The position numbers and the translations under genes were made by a program. A DNA stretch of 63,585 nucleotides, counting the filler, from Choristocarpus tenellus KU-1152 (taxonomy: Eukaryota > Protista > Phaeophyceae): assembly GCA_964200185.2 (NCBI GenBank). It is 10 parts of 10 records of this genome, joined end to end, with 100 filler letters (N's around TTAATTAATTAA, not from the genome) between each part and the next. Parts side by side here need not be neighbours in the genome. Positions count along the whole stretch, not along the records: positions 12,475 to 17,100 come from CAXNAD020013737.1; positions 17,201 to 24,568 come from CAXNAD020006256.1; positions 24,669 to 31,621 come from CAXNAD020006985.1; 7 more parts are not named here. One strand, written 5' to 3'. The notes under the pieces are model-generated. The model saw nothing but the letters and a program-made list of their open reading frames with translations. It did no database searches and was not told where the DNA came from. This document shows positions 12,475 to 25,959 of the stretch, piece after piece (position 1 is the stretch's first letter; every line of letters begins with the position of its first letter).

Positions 12475-13098
12475 AAGGCTAGGTTTGGGTTTCTCGTTCT
12501 TCTTTCTAGCTAGAGCCTCAGAATTGTGGGCCTATGACGAAGGGGGAGGAGTTCATGGGGATTTCGCAGTAAGAAGGAGGGACGTGGTATGAAGGAGGGG
12601 AGTTAAACATTAAGTTGGGAAGAGAGACACCAGGCAGAAAAAGTAGAGGTAACTTTCACAGGGTCAAAAGGGGACCAGGGCAGAAAAGGAGCAGTGTTGA
12701 CAAGATATAAGGTAGGGAAGGAAGGGGGAGAAGAAAGTATGGGAGGATGGGAGGTAGTTATGGCAATTATGGAATGTTTCCCAGCACTCCCCCCGGATGC
12801 CCCTCTGATGACATGTAGGCAGGAAGGGGGATGGAGAGTGATTACGAGGGGCCAAGCAACATGTGTTTTGAGGAGGATAGCAAAAGAGCTTAGGTTAAGA
12901 CCAGAAGAGTATGCCTTACATTCGGGTAGGATAGGGGGAGTCACGAGACTGGCCAGCATGGGGGTATCAGAATTAGTAAGTCGAGGGCGTTTATGATATA
13001 TGTCAGGGCAAACCAGAAGGATCCAGTGTCAGTGTCAAAGGGCTTGGCAGAGAGTAGGAAGGATTGGGTACAACCAGGTCAGGAGGTAACGGGATGAG
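12475..13098 (+). pseudogene. Degenerate tyrosine recombinase of a DIRS/Ngaro-type retroelement
   Basis: Motifs in order: FFFLARASEL (Arg I), SKGDQ (Lys), YALHSGRIGG (HxxR), AFMIYVRAN (Tyr). Interrupted by a stop, frameshifts and loss of the GRW segment. Confidence 0.85.
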
Positions 13099-13282
13099 AT
13101 AGAAGAAATCAACTCCGAAAGGGGAGGGGAGGTCAAGTTAAGGCGGGGTAGATGTCTTCTAGCTCAAAGGCACGGTTTGAAAGGGATCACGGAAGGGTGT
13201 TCTTGGATGAATGTGGAGTGGTGTTGAGTGGTGTGAGAACTGCTGTGGGGTTGAGGTGAGTGGCAACTTGTGTGGGTTGAAA

Positions 13283-13632
13283 GGATGGCTGGCAATCAGT
13301 GACAAAGGGCATTCGCACTGGTTGGTCATCGAATGTGATGGAGGGCAATCAGTGACAAAGGGCATTTGCACTGGTTGGTCGTCAAATGTGGGGATGGCTG
13401 GCAATCAGTGACGAAGGGCATTCGTACTGGTTGGTCATCGAATGTGTTGGCTGGCAATCAGTGACGAAGGGCATTCGCACTGGTTCGTCATCAAATGTGG
13501 GATGGCTGGCAATCAGTGACGAAGGGCATTCGCACTGGTTGGTCATCGAATGTTATGGCTGGCAATCAGTGACGAAGGGCATTCGCACAATCATTGACGA
13601 AGGGCATTCGCACTGGTTGGTCATCAAATGGG
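13283..13632. repeat. Minisatellite, ~6.5 units of 53-56 bp
   Basis: GGCAATCAGTGACGAAGGGCATTCGCACTGGTTGGTCATC recurs at 13291, 13344, 13400, 13453, 13508 and 13561. Confidence 0.95.
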
Positions 13633-13817
13633 GAATAAAGAATAGAGGAAAGGCAAATTAGGAATGAGCAAATAATAATAATAATAATCCAGAATTCGTG
13701 AGCAAAACAAACCTTCAAATAATGTCATAACCCTTTAAAAAGTGACAATAGTCATAAATGCGAGTCATTTTTCTATTTACTATTTTATTATCACCTACGC
13801 TTCACTACTGCCCTCCT

Positions 13818-13975
13818 GTGTCTACAACCTAGCATAGTCCTGCACCCCAGGATGAGGAGCTAGGGAAGTATCTCAAGAATCTAACAAGCCCCTCCTTGCC
13901 CATCTCCCTGCTGTCTCCAGCTTAAAACACATGACACGTCTTGATAGAGGTACTTGTATTGTGACAGACACTATC
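13818..13975. repeat. Dispersed repeat family D (related copies ~15345-15490 and 35047-35141)
   Basis: Shared core CAAGAATC.AACA.GC...CCATCTCCCTG.TG.CTCCAGCTTAAAAC; class not determined. Confidence 0.55.
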
Positions 13976-16900
13976 TGTCGTAGATGAGATTTGACAGCTC
14001 CTTCCTGCTGTAGCCTCCCTAGCCCCTCTCCCCCCTACCACACTCGTAGCCAACTCATTCAGAAAATTTCTGCTTGCTTATTGAATCGCCCAAAACATTC
14101 CACTGCGAAGGTGTGTTGAAGTTATAACTACGAGGGTCAAAAGAGCCCTCGTACTGGGTGCGCTTTCGCACCTCAGCTGCAGCAGCAGCTACACCATTGC
14201 TAGTGGATGAGTGAATAGGTGGGAATCTGCTTGCACTTCTGCAAACATAACATCTAGAAGGAGACCTTTGTCCTGGTAGGGAGCTGATCCAGCTTCCGCA
14301 GGTGCCCTAGCATGGAAGAACAGATCCATACGGAAATTCCTGTCCACTGGGAATGGACTACCATCTTCTATATATTATTGTGTTCTCTTAACATTTTTCA
14401 GTTGTGTCAGGGAAAAAGGCAATTCAATATCCATATAAGGACATATGTAAGAGTAACAGTTATCGTAAATGTGAAAGATACTCTCCAAAATCTATGTACC
14501 ATTTGACTACCACCTATAAGACACCACTCCCAGTGATGTGCCATGCGTTTCAGACATATTTGTTCGTAATCATTCTAACCTCAAACGCTTTGATGTGTAT
14601 CCTATGCCACCTGGTGCATCAATCTGCGCACTGCTATTGGTTCGCCACTGCATACTCGTGGATTTTTTTTTTCTCATTTATGTGAATTATGTGATTCTGT
14701 GGCATTGTGGTTCGCTCAGGTAAGGTTGGTGAAGAGAATCAGGGTTGAAGACAGACTAGACGGACCAAGACGAACCGTAACCAAGAGGACGAGGTTAAGG
14801 TTGGACAAGAGGACAAGGACTGAGGAAGTGGGGAGGATCTTGTTTCGGATGGGACTCAAAAAAGAAACCCTTCAAAGATGGAGACTACCTTCGGAAAATG
14901 TGCTCATGAAGAGACATCGTGGGAAGTCACGGAAACCTATCCGTCCGAAGATCCTTTACAGTTTAACCAAAGGTTCTCAGAAAATAACCTCAATCGATAT
15001 ATCGGTATTAAGGCATGTGGCAATAACAGTATGATAACAGACAAACATACTTTCCACATCGCTCCCCCTTCCAATGGGCCTCAAATCCATGTAAACATGA
15101 TTTGGGGTCAACGAAAGAGTCAGCTCTTCATTCTATTTTCAAATTATTACGCCCTTCTGACATTTTCTAGATGTGCAAACAAAACCAAAGCTTATATATA
15201 TCACAACAACCCCTCCAAAATATCAGATGTCATTAATGGAAAAGAGACCTCTACAATAATAATTTCACATTTGAAAACTAACAATAAAACAATGTTCCCT
15301 TCAAGGTTGGTAACTACAATGCATTAGGAAACACTGCTGTTAGGCCTCTAAACTAGCTTAGGCCTACAAAGGTGGGCGAAGAGCCAGAGAAGAATCACAA
15401 GAATCTGACAAGCACATTCTTGCTCGTTTGCCAGGTGTCTCTAGCTTGAAACGCATGAGGTGTCTTGAGAGAGCCACTTGTGTTACAGGCGAATAGCACG
15501 AGCATTTCTTTCTGCGTGCCAAAATGTGCGAACAGTATACATACGTAAGGATTCAGATAAGAGGAACTTTGAATTGGTAGAAGATGCAGATTAAGATTCG
15601 AAAGGCATACATAATCCTACAGAATAGATGTCAATTCCTGAAAGTTGCAGAATAAAGATCTATAATTGGAGTATTTCACAGCAGTTAGCAGACATCATTT
15701 AACTCTTTGGCTGTAGAAAAACGGTGAATAATGTTGATAAAAGGCTGAGTTGGTGACCACACGGCTCAGTTGTTTGATCCTTACCCTCCTTTGATAAAGC
15801 GACAAGCGAGACATTGACTGAGCTAAGCATCATCTGACACCATACATGGTCATCATCTGTGAACCCCCGCGTAGCGTCGTTTTAAGGTAGTTGGATTTGA
15901 GTTGCATATCCTGTGGAGGTGAGTTCTGGGTGGCACGCAGTAAAATGGAGGTCCTACCGCCTCTCTCCAAACTGGAGAGAATACTCCGTATTCACCTCAA
16001 CGCTTAGGATTCCTTCTAGCTTCCTACATCCGCCTGGATTCTCTTCTTTTCCCACTTGAGTTTGTGATCTCCATTCGGCATCTGCGGGTTTCCTTCTTCT
16101 TGGCCTCATTGTCTTCGTTGGTGTGATGGCATCTGTGGCTCCGAGGGAACCATCATCCTTCATTGTTGTACAATGAGTGGTCTCTGACCGTCACATCATC
16201 CACTTATAGTCGTAAACGAGTGGTTTTTGACCACCATGGTATAGACGTTGCCTAGGTAGTTCTTCCTCGCCATTCGTACACTTACATTCCCGATCTGTTT
16301 GTCGTGTGTCACGCTGTTCTTTATTCCACAGGTTCCGCTGGGAATCAGTGATTCGGAGAGGTTCCTGCACAGGGCCAGACGTTGCAAGACCTCTGGCAGC
16401 AGCCATGACGGCTCAACATGTTTATGCATCGTGTCCACGCATCAATAACTTTACCCCTTTCCACATTGATCTCCTCAAAAACTCTTGTCTGACTTTCTTA
16501 GGATACACAGCGGTCCTTTCAGGTGCTCTGTCTGCAATCGACGTCCCAAGCATCAAAGGAAAGCTATTACTGGTCCGTTGAGACGACGTTACGGCAACTG
16601 AGTGGGTCCATATTTCGGTGAGAGAATGCACCCTTAATGGTTGGCCATCGGAAAAAAGTGGTAAAGATTGTCATGTGTTATTTTGTTTAAAGAGAGAGAA
16701 ACGTGTGACGCAGAAGGCTGCGGCCAGAGCCTAGTTTTCCACTATCGAGTGTATAAGGTAGACTTGCAGATGCCTCATGCATATGAAGTTTTTTTTGGGG
16801 GGGATATATAGGTGAAGATAAACTCATTGATTTGTACCAACAAGCCCAACTCTCCTACCATGTACTACCCAGATTAAAATTCCTCTATTCTCTATATATT

Positions 16901-17200
16901 ATATATTGGATATGTGACGGACAGGTCCCTTTGGGAGCTGATCTCAGTCCAAGCACACATCCACGCGCACACACAAGTGCATTGCGCGCACATTTCTTTC
17001 TCATTGGTGACGTTCCAACCAACATCGTGTTCGATTAGACTCTTCCAACTCTATCAAACAGATACGGTAAAATATGTATGGAGTAATGGAACAATCAATT
17101 NNNNNNNNNNNNNNNNNNNNNNNNNNNNNNNNNNNNNNNNNNNNTTAATTAATTAANNNNNNNNNNNNNNNNNNNNNNNNNNNNNNNNNNNNNNNNNNNN

Positions 17201-17280
17201 AGTGTACTTTTCCTGGTGTTGGTCCAAATGGACACTTTGGTGAAGCCCCCCCCCTCCCCCCCCCCCAGATACTTTGGGTC
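17201..17280. mobile_element. MITE family A fragment (reverse) at contig start
   Basis: GGTCCAAATGGACAC...polyC-AGATACTTTGGGTC. Confidence 0.75.
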
Positions 17281-17895
17281 CAATATATATTTCCTTACGG
17301 TCATGAGTTGCTATTATTCTTATCTCCATGAGCTTCAAGTCGTCCTGTTCCGATTCAAATCCGACTTGTGAGGCTAAGGAATGATTCATTCAAGTAAACT
17401 TGGCCTTACTGTAACTCCCACTGGGGCTTCAAGCGCTTCATCTCTCTAACAGTGTAGGCGGAACAGTGGTTTAGTTCTCCGCTGTTTCACCTCACCAAGA
17501 ACTTACAGAGTACTTGGCACATGGTACTTGGGATATATGATACACATGGTACTTGATAATTCATTCAACTCAACAAAAACGATTGGGGATATTCAGGGGT
17601 AAGAGATATGGCAAGAAATGCAATAGTTGTGTCATTGACATAATTTTTTCTTATCTTGATAGGGTTCACAAGGCAAAGCAAGCCTGACACACTGGGAATA
17701 GTTGGGCAGGTGGTCAATGAAACAGTTGGTGCATTTTTTAAAAATCCTTTTAGCCAGATGGACAGTCTCAATGTTTGTGAAGCTGTCAATGTGAGGGATT
17801 CCATATCAATATCCCACTTGATTCCCCACCCTATGACAGTTGTGTCCACTTCACAGCGAGTGTCTGAAAATGAGGTATGCAACAACTTTGCTCAC

Positions 17896-19625
17896 CTTGA
17901 AAAAATTGCCATTGCCACTGCCGGCGGCTAGGTTGATGAGCCATGAAGATATCTCCTGAAATGATCGCCACTACAGGAGTGACAATAGAGCACGGTTGGT
18001 CAAGCAGTGAAATGAGTAACATATATACCTGTCGTTGTGGACTGCCCAGTACGAGATGAGGTGAGGGCGATCAAAAAACAGTGACGCTGATGTGCATAGG
18101 CTGCAACACAAGCATGTGGTCGAATTGTTCCTAGGCTGTGAGGGCATGAGGGGCACTATACAAAGCATCATCCATATGATGAATAATAGGACTACAAATT
18201 ATTCCACATTGAGCGAATGGGATGCATGGGTCTAAGATTCCTTGCATCTCTTCGCACTTGGTAATGGTCTGAGATGCACAATGTTGCATGAGTCTGTTGC
18301 AAGAATATCCCCCAATGCCTACCCCTCCAAATTGATATACACATGGCACAACAATAGAAGAGTACTGAGTTACTTGTTTGTCATATAGTTTCTTCAAGCC
18401 TGTTACTGTGAAACTGTGAAACTTTGAACGTTGATCAAGTGCCTGTTGAGAATGAATGTGTCAAAATGTTGCTTTGGGGGCCTCTTTCGCTACGGAGTGT
18501 GATTGATTTAGTTTGAAAATCGAGAAGAATACTGTATAGAGCCGGTGCTTCGTGCTTGTGAATCTAAACCACATGCCCTTAACTCACTGTGCCTATCGCT
18601 GTACCTGTAGGCTCGCATTTGATCCTTGTAGAGAGAAGTATGACCTGTGAGAGCAGATTTGTTGAAAAAGATACACAGAACAAGAATTGTATTAGTGGGG
18701 GTGACAGTACAAGCTCGTCCTTTGACTTCACAGAGAAGTAGTGTGGTAAACTGTATGCCTATCCTGAGCCAAAGTATACTTGAGATACCCAGGTGTGCTT
18801 TTGAAGGATAATGAAAAATGTGCAATAATCAGTTAAGACCCAAAGAACCTGGGGGGGGGGGGAGGGGTCTACACTAGGGTGTCCATTTTGGACCAAAATA
18901 AGGAAAAGTGCATTTGCATTGTCCATCCGATGTATGCAACCAAATCACCCAAAAATCGTGATATGAAAAAATTTACCCCAAATGGACAGCCACCACCCCC
19001 CCCCAGATATTTTGAGCCTTAATTGTACCAACACATTAGAGACTTCTCTGAATTCTGTTGAAAATTGTAAGCAAAGGAGAAATATATTTCCTGAAGTCAA
19101 TCTTAGCACTGAACCAAAGTATTCGATAGGCTTTCGCCACTTTTCATTTTAAGACTGTTTTTCAACATTTTGCAATTCACTCATATTTCTATGGATGAAG
19201 TCCTATGTATTACTTGAGAGCGTTTATTTCCCTACTGCTTAAAAATTTTCCGCACAATTCAGAAAATACCCCACACACATTTGTAAGAATGTCCGAAATT
19301 TTCACAAATTTGTCAGCATTCATAAAATGCAACTTTGGGCACCTCTTGTTTGCTTTGACTCACTTCATATGTAGAAATAAGGGTGAATAGCAAAAACGAC
19401 TAAACAAAGAAATTAAGTAGCTTAAAACCCCAAGCAACATACATTACTTTGGGTACATCTCATTTACTCTGGCTCCCAATATATTTCTACCATTCTCGTT
19501 TATTGAGTCATCTTCGGACCTGACCTGTTGAATGGTTGAAGATTATTTGGGTGGCAGAAGCTAGCCTCGTAGTCCAAGGCCTTGAGCTTTTCTAGGGCCC
19601 CTTCCCAAGCCACAAATGCATCATT
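17896..19625 (-). CDS. IFT57: Intraflagellar transport protein 57 (partial, N-terminal region); exons 19625-19525, 18644-18605, 17970-17896
   Basis: Phase-compatible exons give NDAFVAWEGALEKLKALDYEASFCHPNNLQPFNRSYFSLQGSNASLQWRSFQEISSWLINLAAG, matching the IFT57 pattern 'EKLKLLxYE..F...SR.YF....N...QF..F..L..WLI'. First exon and 3' exons not located. Confidence 0.8.
18837..19018. mobile_element. MITE family A, complete copy
   Basis: TIR CAAAG..CTGGGGG / CCCCCAGATATTTTG, internal inverted GTCCATTT / AAATGGAC, flanked by TTAA on both sides. Confidence 0.85.
19111..19361. mobile_element. MITE family C, TSD ACT
   Basis: GAACCAAAGTA...TGCTTTGACTC with ACT on both flanks. Confidence 0.8.
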
Positions 19626-19637
19626 CTGAAAATTAGG

Positions 19638-19894
19638 GAGTCGAAGTATCTTAGAGGGTAGAACCGTGTCCGTTTGGGACCAAATTCCAACGTTGTGACT
19701 TTGATCTAATATTGTCTATCGTTTTTGTGAGGAAGTGTCAAAATCCTTTGTTCCAGACACACCTTTTCATAACGCATACATTTCACCTACTCCAAAACGT
19801 TTTGGAGCAGGAGAATATCATTATAAAACCGTGGAAAGCCAAGTCCCAAATGGAAAAACAGGCAAAACTCTTACCCTCTAAGATACTTTCACTC
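19638..19894. mobile_element. MITE family B, TSD AGG
   Basis: TIR GAGTCGAAGTATCTTAGAGGGTA / TACCCTCTAAGATACTTTCACTC with AGG on both flanks. Confidence 0.9.
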
Positions 19895-20488
19895 AGGGGC
19901 ACATTAATTGGCAGGGGAATGATGGGAGGGACTGGGTACAGTACTGTGTACCATTGACCTTATTCTTATGGGTAGCAGAGGTACATCTTGGAGTTTCAGA
20001 GAGGACAACACAGGTATGTCTGAGGATGTGAAAGGTGTCTACATTTGGTGGTTGAAGGAGATGAGGAGACATCTATTGCAATCTAGTGCTCAGACACATG
20101 TAGTGCTCAGACACACGGACTGCTCTGGGTATTGGGGTCAAGAACATGGTAGACATAGTCACCGCTAGAAAGAACAATGAACAGATTACAAGTTGAACAA
20201 TTGATGACTGGTTGTTCTTATGATATTATGTTGAATTGCCTCAAGCTACTTCAGATAGCTCTGAAGTAGTCATTGCCCCCAACTCGATTGGTGCTGATAT
20301 TCACTGTATCTTCCTTTATGGATACAATGGTCACATCCTCACAATAGGTAGGAATGATTTGAAGTTTGACCTTAGCATCAAGTGCGGAGCACGATGCTTT
20401 GGACTGCAAGGCAGAAGACTGTGATCTCAATGACACCCAACACCAATGTCATGGCGAAGTCGTGCCTGTATGCAAGCTTTCTACAGTC

Positions 20489-20725
20489 GAGTTAAAGAAA
20501 GTGAGAGGTAGCCAGAGTTGCATTTTAAGGATGCTGACAAAGATATGCAAAATTCGAATATTTTCTGAAATATGTGGAAATTCTTCAAATGATAGAGAAA
20601 CCAATGTCTTCAGGTCAAATTTAGCACTTCATCCATAGAAATATGGGTAATTTGCGAAATATAAAAAAATGGCTTAAATGCGAAATGATCAAAACCTGGG
20701 TACCTCTCGAATACTTCACAAACTC
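20489..20725. mobile_element. MITE family C
   Basis: GAGTTAAAG...GAGAGGTAGCCAG ... CTGGGTACCTCTCGAATACTT; TSD not preserved. Confidence 0.75.
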
Positions 20726-22976
20726 AAAGAGAGTACACGCCATTCAACATCATACTTAGCTGAAATATGTGGCAAGGTTTGCTTGTAGACAATGAAAAGA
20801 TGTATTTTTTACATATTGGAACAACGCTGCACCAAGACTATTCTTTCTACCTTACCCTCTACCTGGAGCAGTTCGAGTATAGGCCCACTAATTCCAATGA
20901 TATGATGAGAGTGTTGCCATACCCTGAACCGTCTCTAACATAATGTTGTCACCACTAACTTAGATGTTGATGTCCACAAGGTGTAAGTGATGTACATATC
21001 ACCTCCTGACCCCTTCATAGTACATTGTTCATATTTGAAAGAGGAGCACCAAACCACTATTTGCACCTTTTTCAAGCAACTTGAGGACCGCATTCGGATT
21101 CGTTCACCCTTGGATATCAAATTAGTTCTTGGAGAAACTACAAAATGTCCAAGCCGTTAGTGATGGATATGATGTCACTTCTCGACTCAACAATTCGAAC
21201 TAGTTCACAAGAGATTTTCGAATCTATACCTTCTTAGAAGGGCGATACTTATCAAGAGCTTTCTCCAGTTCTTATCAATTCACAAAACAGATAGCTTTGG
21301 TCTTGATTTTATCAGGAAATAGTTGAATTTTCCCGCTTTGTCGTACCAAATACTCCAAATTAGGTGCATATGATCACATAACTAGAACCGGAGCAGGAAG
21401 TAGGTCCAGTATATGCTGAGAATATCCATCCTGGATCCCCCAAAACACATGACTCGAAGTGCATATCGCCACCAAGGACAGAATTGCTTAATAAAAACGG
21501 GCTTAATTCCTATCAGAGTGGGGGCTGGACCATTCTTTGAGAGTTGGGATAGTGATAAGAGTACCACCAAAGAAGCTCACCGAGAACAGATTTTCCTCAG
21601 TTCGGCGAGCTCGAGTCCCCTCTGCCATTGTCTTTCTTCTTCACGCCGGCTCTTAATATCACCTAATGTACCAATGGTAGTAGATTTAATTGTAATGCAA
21701 GGTTTGGATAAGTCAGGACATCAACGTTCTAAGAGGAATAGACAAAAGAGTCAACACAACCGTGTTCCAGTCAGCTTCTTGGAGCCAATTGCTTGGGCCT
21801 TTGGCGAATGTACACATCTGTCGCAGCCCGGTTTCCCATACGACATGGACCACCAGTGGTGCTAGTCAAAGCAATATAGTCTTGCCTTCGTGAAAATAAT
21901 GAGTTCTACAAAGGCTTTACCCTGTACTTGGTTGTTGCTGACTCCAATCGCTTCGACTTGGTTGCCTTACCTTCCCTTCTTTTCCGACGTGTAAGTCAAA
22001 CGATGCTTTGATTTGTGGCTCAGTGTCTCATAGGATGTTATTTTCTCATGTCTCTATGTGCGGAGTATACGCACTAACTCCACGAGATCTGTGGTCTACA
22101 CATCATAATGGTGTGATATCATTTTGAAAATCCCGATTTGCTCAATATAAACGTGAAACGCCTTTTCTGTTCCATTGTCCTACTATATGTACAGATTGGT
22201 ATGGTCTGTTAGCCACAAGACAGAGGTAAGCATAGCCACCGAGAACCAAGGCATGTCCACCATGATAGGGGGAAACACAGATCTACTAGCCATCAGTGAC
22301 CTACTGCGTGAAGGTAAGGCAAAATTGTACGACAATCTTGGTGTGACTATACCTATAAATTGTTGTATAGCATCTGCACTAGATTTTTCTAGTTCACACA
22401 AAGTCCAGTGCCTCACAGCTCATTTCGAAGTCCTGAGGGTGGGCAAAAGTGGGGCAGTCTTTCACCTTGCTCATCGTTCAAACAGGTTAAAAAATAGTAT
22501 AGTGTTGGTTATAGTTTCAGAAATATACTCCCTGATATTGTCTCACCGTTGGAATACGCCCATCATGTTGGCATGAGAATAATGTCTTACCTGTACAATG
22601 CCCTAACGCTACTTGGCATGAAGGTCAAGATGCCGAGGAGGAGCGATACGAGGCTGAGCGGGCACAAGAGGTGGCATTTTCACCCGGTCATATTGGGTCA
22701 ACGACAGGGGTGGTGTGCAACGTATGTGTGGTCTTGTTAACAAAACATTATGAGCCAATCTGGGATGATAACTATTCTGGACTGTTAAGACTAAGGCTCA
22801 ACTGCAGCGCTCACGTTAACTCTCACTATTGGTATATACCAACGTATGCTACGCATTTAGGATGGTACTTTTGCCACCCGGTCTATTTTGGAGGTTGTCA
22901 AGTTTCTTGTTGTATTTCCCTTTACTTTATATTGTTGCTTCCTTCCAAGCTTCGAGATACCAGGACGACATGCTAA

Positions 22977-23363
22977 CCTGTTCAGCTTAACATCATTCTG
23001 TCTTCTCCTCAATCCTTCGATTTCCCCTGCCATATCCTTCCTCATGGAAAAGGCGGAGAATGAGGACCCCGAAAGCATATGGGGCTCAGATGAGATCCAA
23101 GAAGGAGAAGCCTTTGAAGACTTGAGCGACCCTCGACCAAAGCCAGAGTGAGCTTCCAATACAGAGGGTAATGAGCGAAGAAGCCACTCTCTTCTTAGAT
23201 TGAAAGGCCACATATTTCTCTCATATTTCTCCTGTAACTCTTGAAACACATGGAGTATTTCTTTAGAAATACCCCTTTCAGATTCATCGTTGGTCTCATG
23301 CACTGGAATATGCTCAAGGAGAGCTAATGGTACTATGTATCCGATTCTAGAGGATAGTAACAT
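22977..23363 (-). CDS. Putative exon of an uncharacterised gene
   Basis: Part of a 183-codon ORF with protein-like composition ending at a plausible donor (AACAG|GTTAG). I could not link it to further exons. Confidence 0.3.
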
Positions 23364-25959
23364 ATTTTCACGGTCATTTCCAAGAGATCTACTTTTAAAT
23401 TTAATCAAAAGTCCTTAAACAGTTTGCTTCTACTATATATTTCACCAAACCCAGATGTGTGTGATGTTTAAGTTCTGATCTGAATCTATTTTGTCAGGAC
23501 CTAACAATAAGCTGTTATTGATAGACTATCAAGTACATCAGAGTAGTCAAGACAATTGATCCTGCTCATTTTGTAGAACTGACTCACAAAGTAGACTATC
23601 TACATTTAGAATGCACATGTCCTGGCAGTGATTGCACACACCCATACACAGTCAGTTCTAACACCAATAACAACATGTTATTGGCCTTGCATATGCACTC
23701 TCAGTTATGATATACTCTACAAACAGGATGTTATGACAGAAGATAATTTCCTGGGCATGTCGGGCAAGACCCCTGGGTCACAGGTAGGAAGGACACTATC
23801 CTTAAAATCAACGTTTTCCAATGCAAAAGTCTGAGAGCGAGGAGTCTGCATCCTCCTTTTATGCTTTCTCCCAAACCAACTGGTGGGGATGACTGATTTG
23901 CTTGACAATGTCAGAGAGTGCAAGCAAATTGTTGAAGTGTTTGCTTGAGATGGAAAATACTCCCGAGTGTGTATTTTCTTATTATTTTCGTAATTTCTAG
24001 GTCCCTGGAAGTACCTGCAGCAAACCTGTTAAAAGGAACCCCCAAAATGTCCCCCCACGCATGTATATTTGTCTAAGACAGCTTGATTCTTGTTAGGCAT
24101 AAAGGAAAACCAGGTGAGCTCTGACATTTTGCACACGAACAACCTCTGTGTATCTGTCTTACCCCCGCCCTTCACAGGATTGCACACACATTGTTGTCAA
24201 GGTTGTCTTCCCAGGGTGCAAGTTATCTGATCTGGACCTCGATGTTACCCGGAACTACTTGGTGGCACAGAGCCCAAAGCTGTGAGTGTGTTCGCATATA
24301 GTACTTGGAAGTATTAAGACAAATGATCCAAGGCCCATTGTATCCTGGAGTCAGGCGTCCATTCAGAGCCTTAATATCCCTTAACGATTTTTTTTCTCAT
24401 TTGAGGGAAGATGTCAGATATAAGATTACCTCCATGATCTCACACCATTCTTTTTCCATTCCCCTGCCTAGATCAAACTCCAAAAAAATTGCCCACAAAA
24501 CGGGCCTCAAACAGGGGTATTTTACAACGCGTCATCAAGTCCCAATCGGACGACCTTGTCTAACACCCNNNNNNNNNNNNNNNNNNNNNNNNNNNNNNNN
24601 NNNNNNNNNNNNTTAATTAATTAANNNNNNNNNNNNNNNNNNNNNNNNNNNNNNNNNNNNNNNNNNNNTAATCGTTTCCCTCCTATCCATGAAGCTTATG
24701 ATTGATTTCCCAGTTCACCACGATTAATTAGTTGCTTCGACGATTGATTCCCAGCTAACCCTAACCCTAATTACTACAGAATCTATATTATACCATATAG
24801 ATTCTGTGCCGCTTTTTTGGGCATACCCAGGGGTGAACAAAATCGGTGTAGGTACTTTACATCCATCATATGCCTTTCTGAAACTCATTTGTCGTGGTTC
24901 TCATCACCCCCCATCACACAGAACCAGACCCCATAACAGTGATACTCACGCTGATTTGAGTCTAGGGGTCACCAGAGATGTAGGGCCATGCCATATTGAC
25001 GGACAAGAAGCAAGTATAACCAACTCAAATAGGTTGTCAACCCTAGTCAGAAGGCCAAGACGAATTCGAGAAATAAAGCACCATCAGAGAAGCATAGGTT
25101 GAGAGGGAGGAAGGATAATCCAATATCCTAAAACGTAGAGATCATGAGCCCGGTCAACAGGGCTAATACACCCTTGGCGGTTCGCTTAAATACGTGGGCG
25201 GTATCCAATGCGTGGGTGAAAGTCTTCAACGTCCCCCGGACCAGACCCTCTATCAAGCGTTGGGCAAAGATGACGAGTACAAGGAGGACTGGAAGTTCGA
25301 TATCCACAACAACCCCTTCATTCAAATCTGAGTTGTCACATAAGTCTAATGCAGTTTTGGAGTTGGAAGTGTGGAGGTCGGCCTCACTGCTGAGACCCTT
25401 CCAAGGATAAATGAGCAAGTCAAGATGAATATATCGACCCACCCTATCCCAATACATTCCCTGGGGCTATATACTTGATCCCTTGACGTTGATACCTCTT
25501 CTCACACAACGACTTACGCTTATTGAGTTGTGCAGCACAGGATTTGTCCTATTCCCCTGTTGCCGATTTTGAAAAATGAGTTAAACCTTTCCCTCACAAG
25601 TGTATCTGCAACAACAGCAAAGAGCATTCGATTGTTCAACTTTTATCGACGATTGAAGCACGTTCTACTCCCTGCCAGAAATCTCCACTATCCCTCCCAT
25701 CAACCCCTGCAGGATAACATAGAACTGGAGGAGGAGAGAGTGACATATGGGAGTATTTAGGGATGCCCTGCTGAAAACTGTTTCCCCCGATTAAGTAAGG
25801 ATAAGGCATAAATGTGGTAAAATATCTAAGGGCTTGTTGTCCAGGTCGAGAAACACTGAAAAAACCGTAATAACCTAGTGCACAACTTATCAATAGCACA
25901 AGGTCAGCAAACCAAAAAATACCACTAACAGGACATGTAGCAACTGTTGGGTCTGTGCG

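Noticed and set aside
13283-13632. CRISPR array
   Set aside because: The units are contiguous with no unique spacers, there are no cas genes, and the context is eukaryotic.
14699-16631. Genes in the overlapping short ORFs of contig 2
   Set aside because: I could not build a phase-consistent exon chain or recognise a family, so they are left unannotated.
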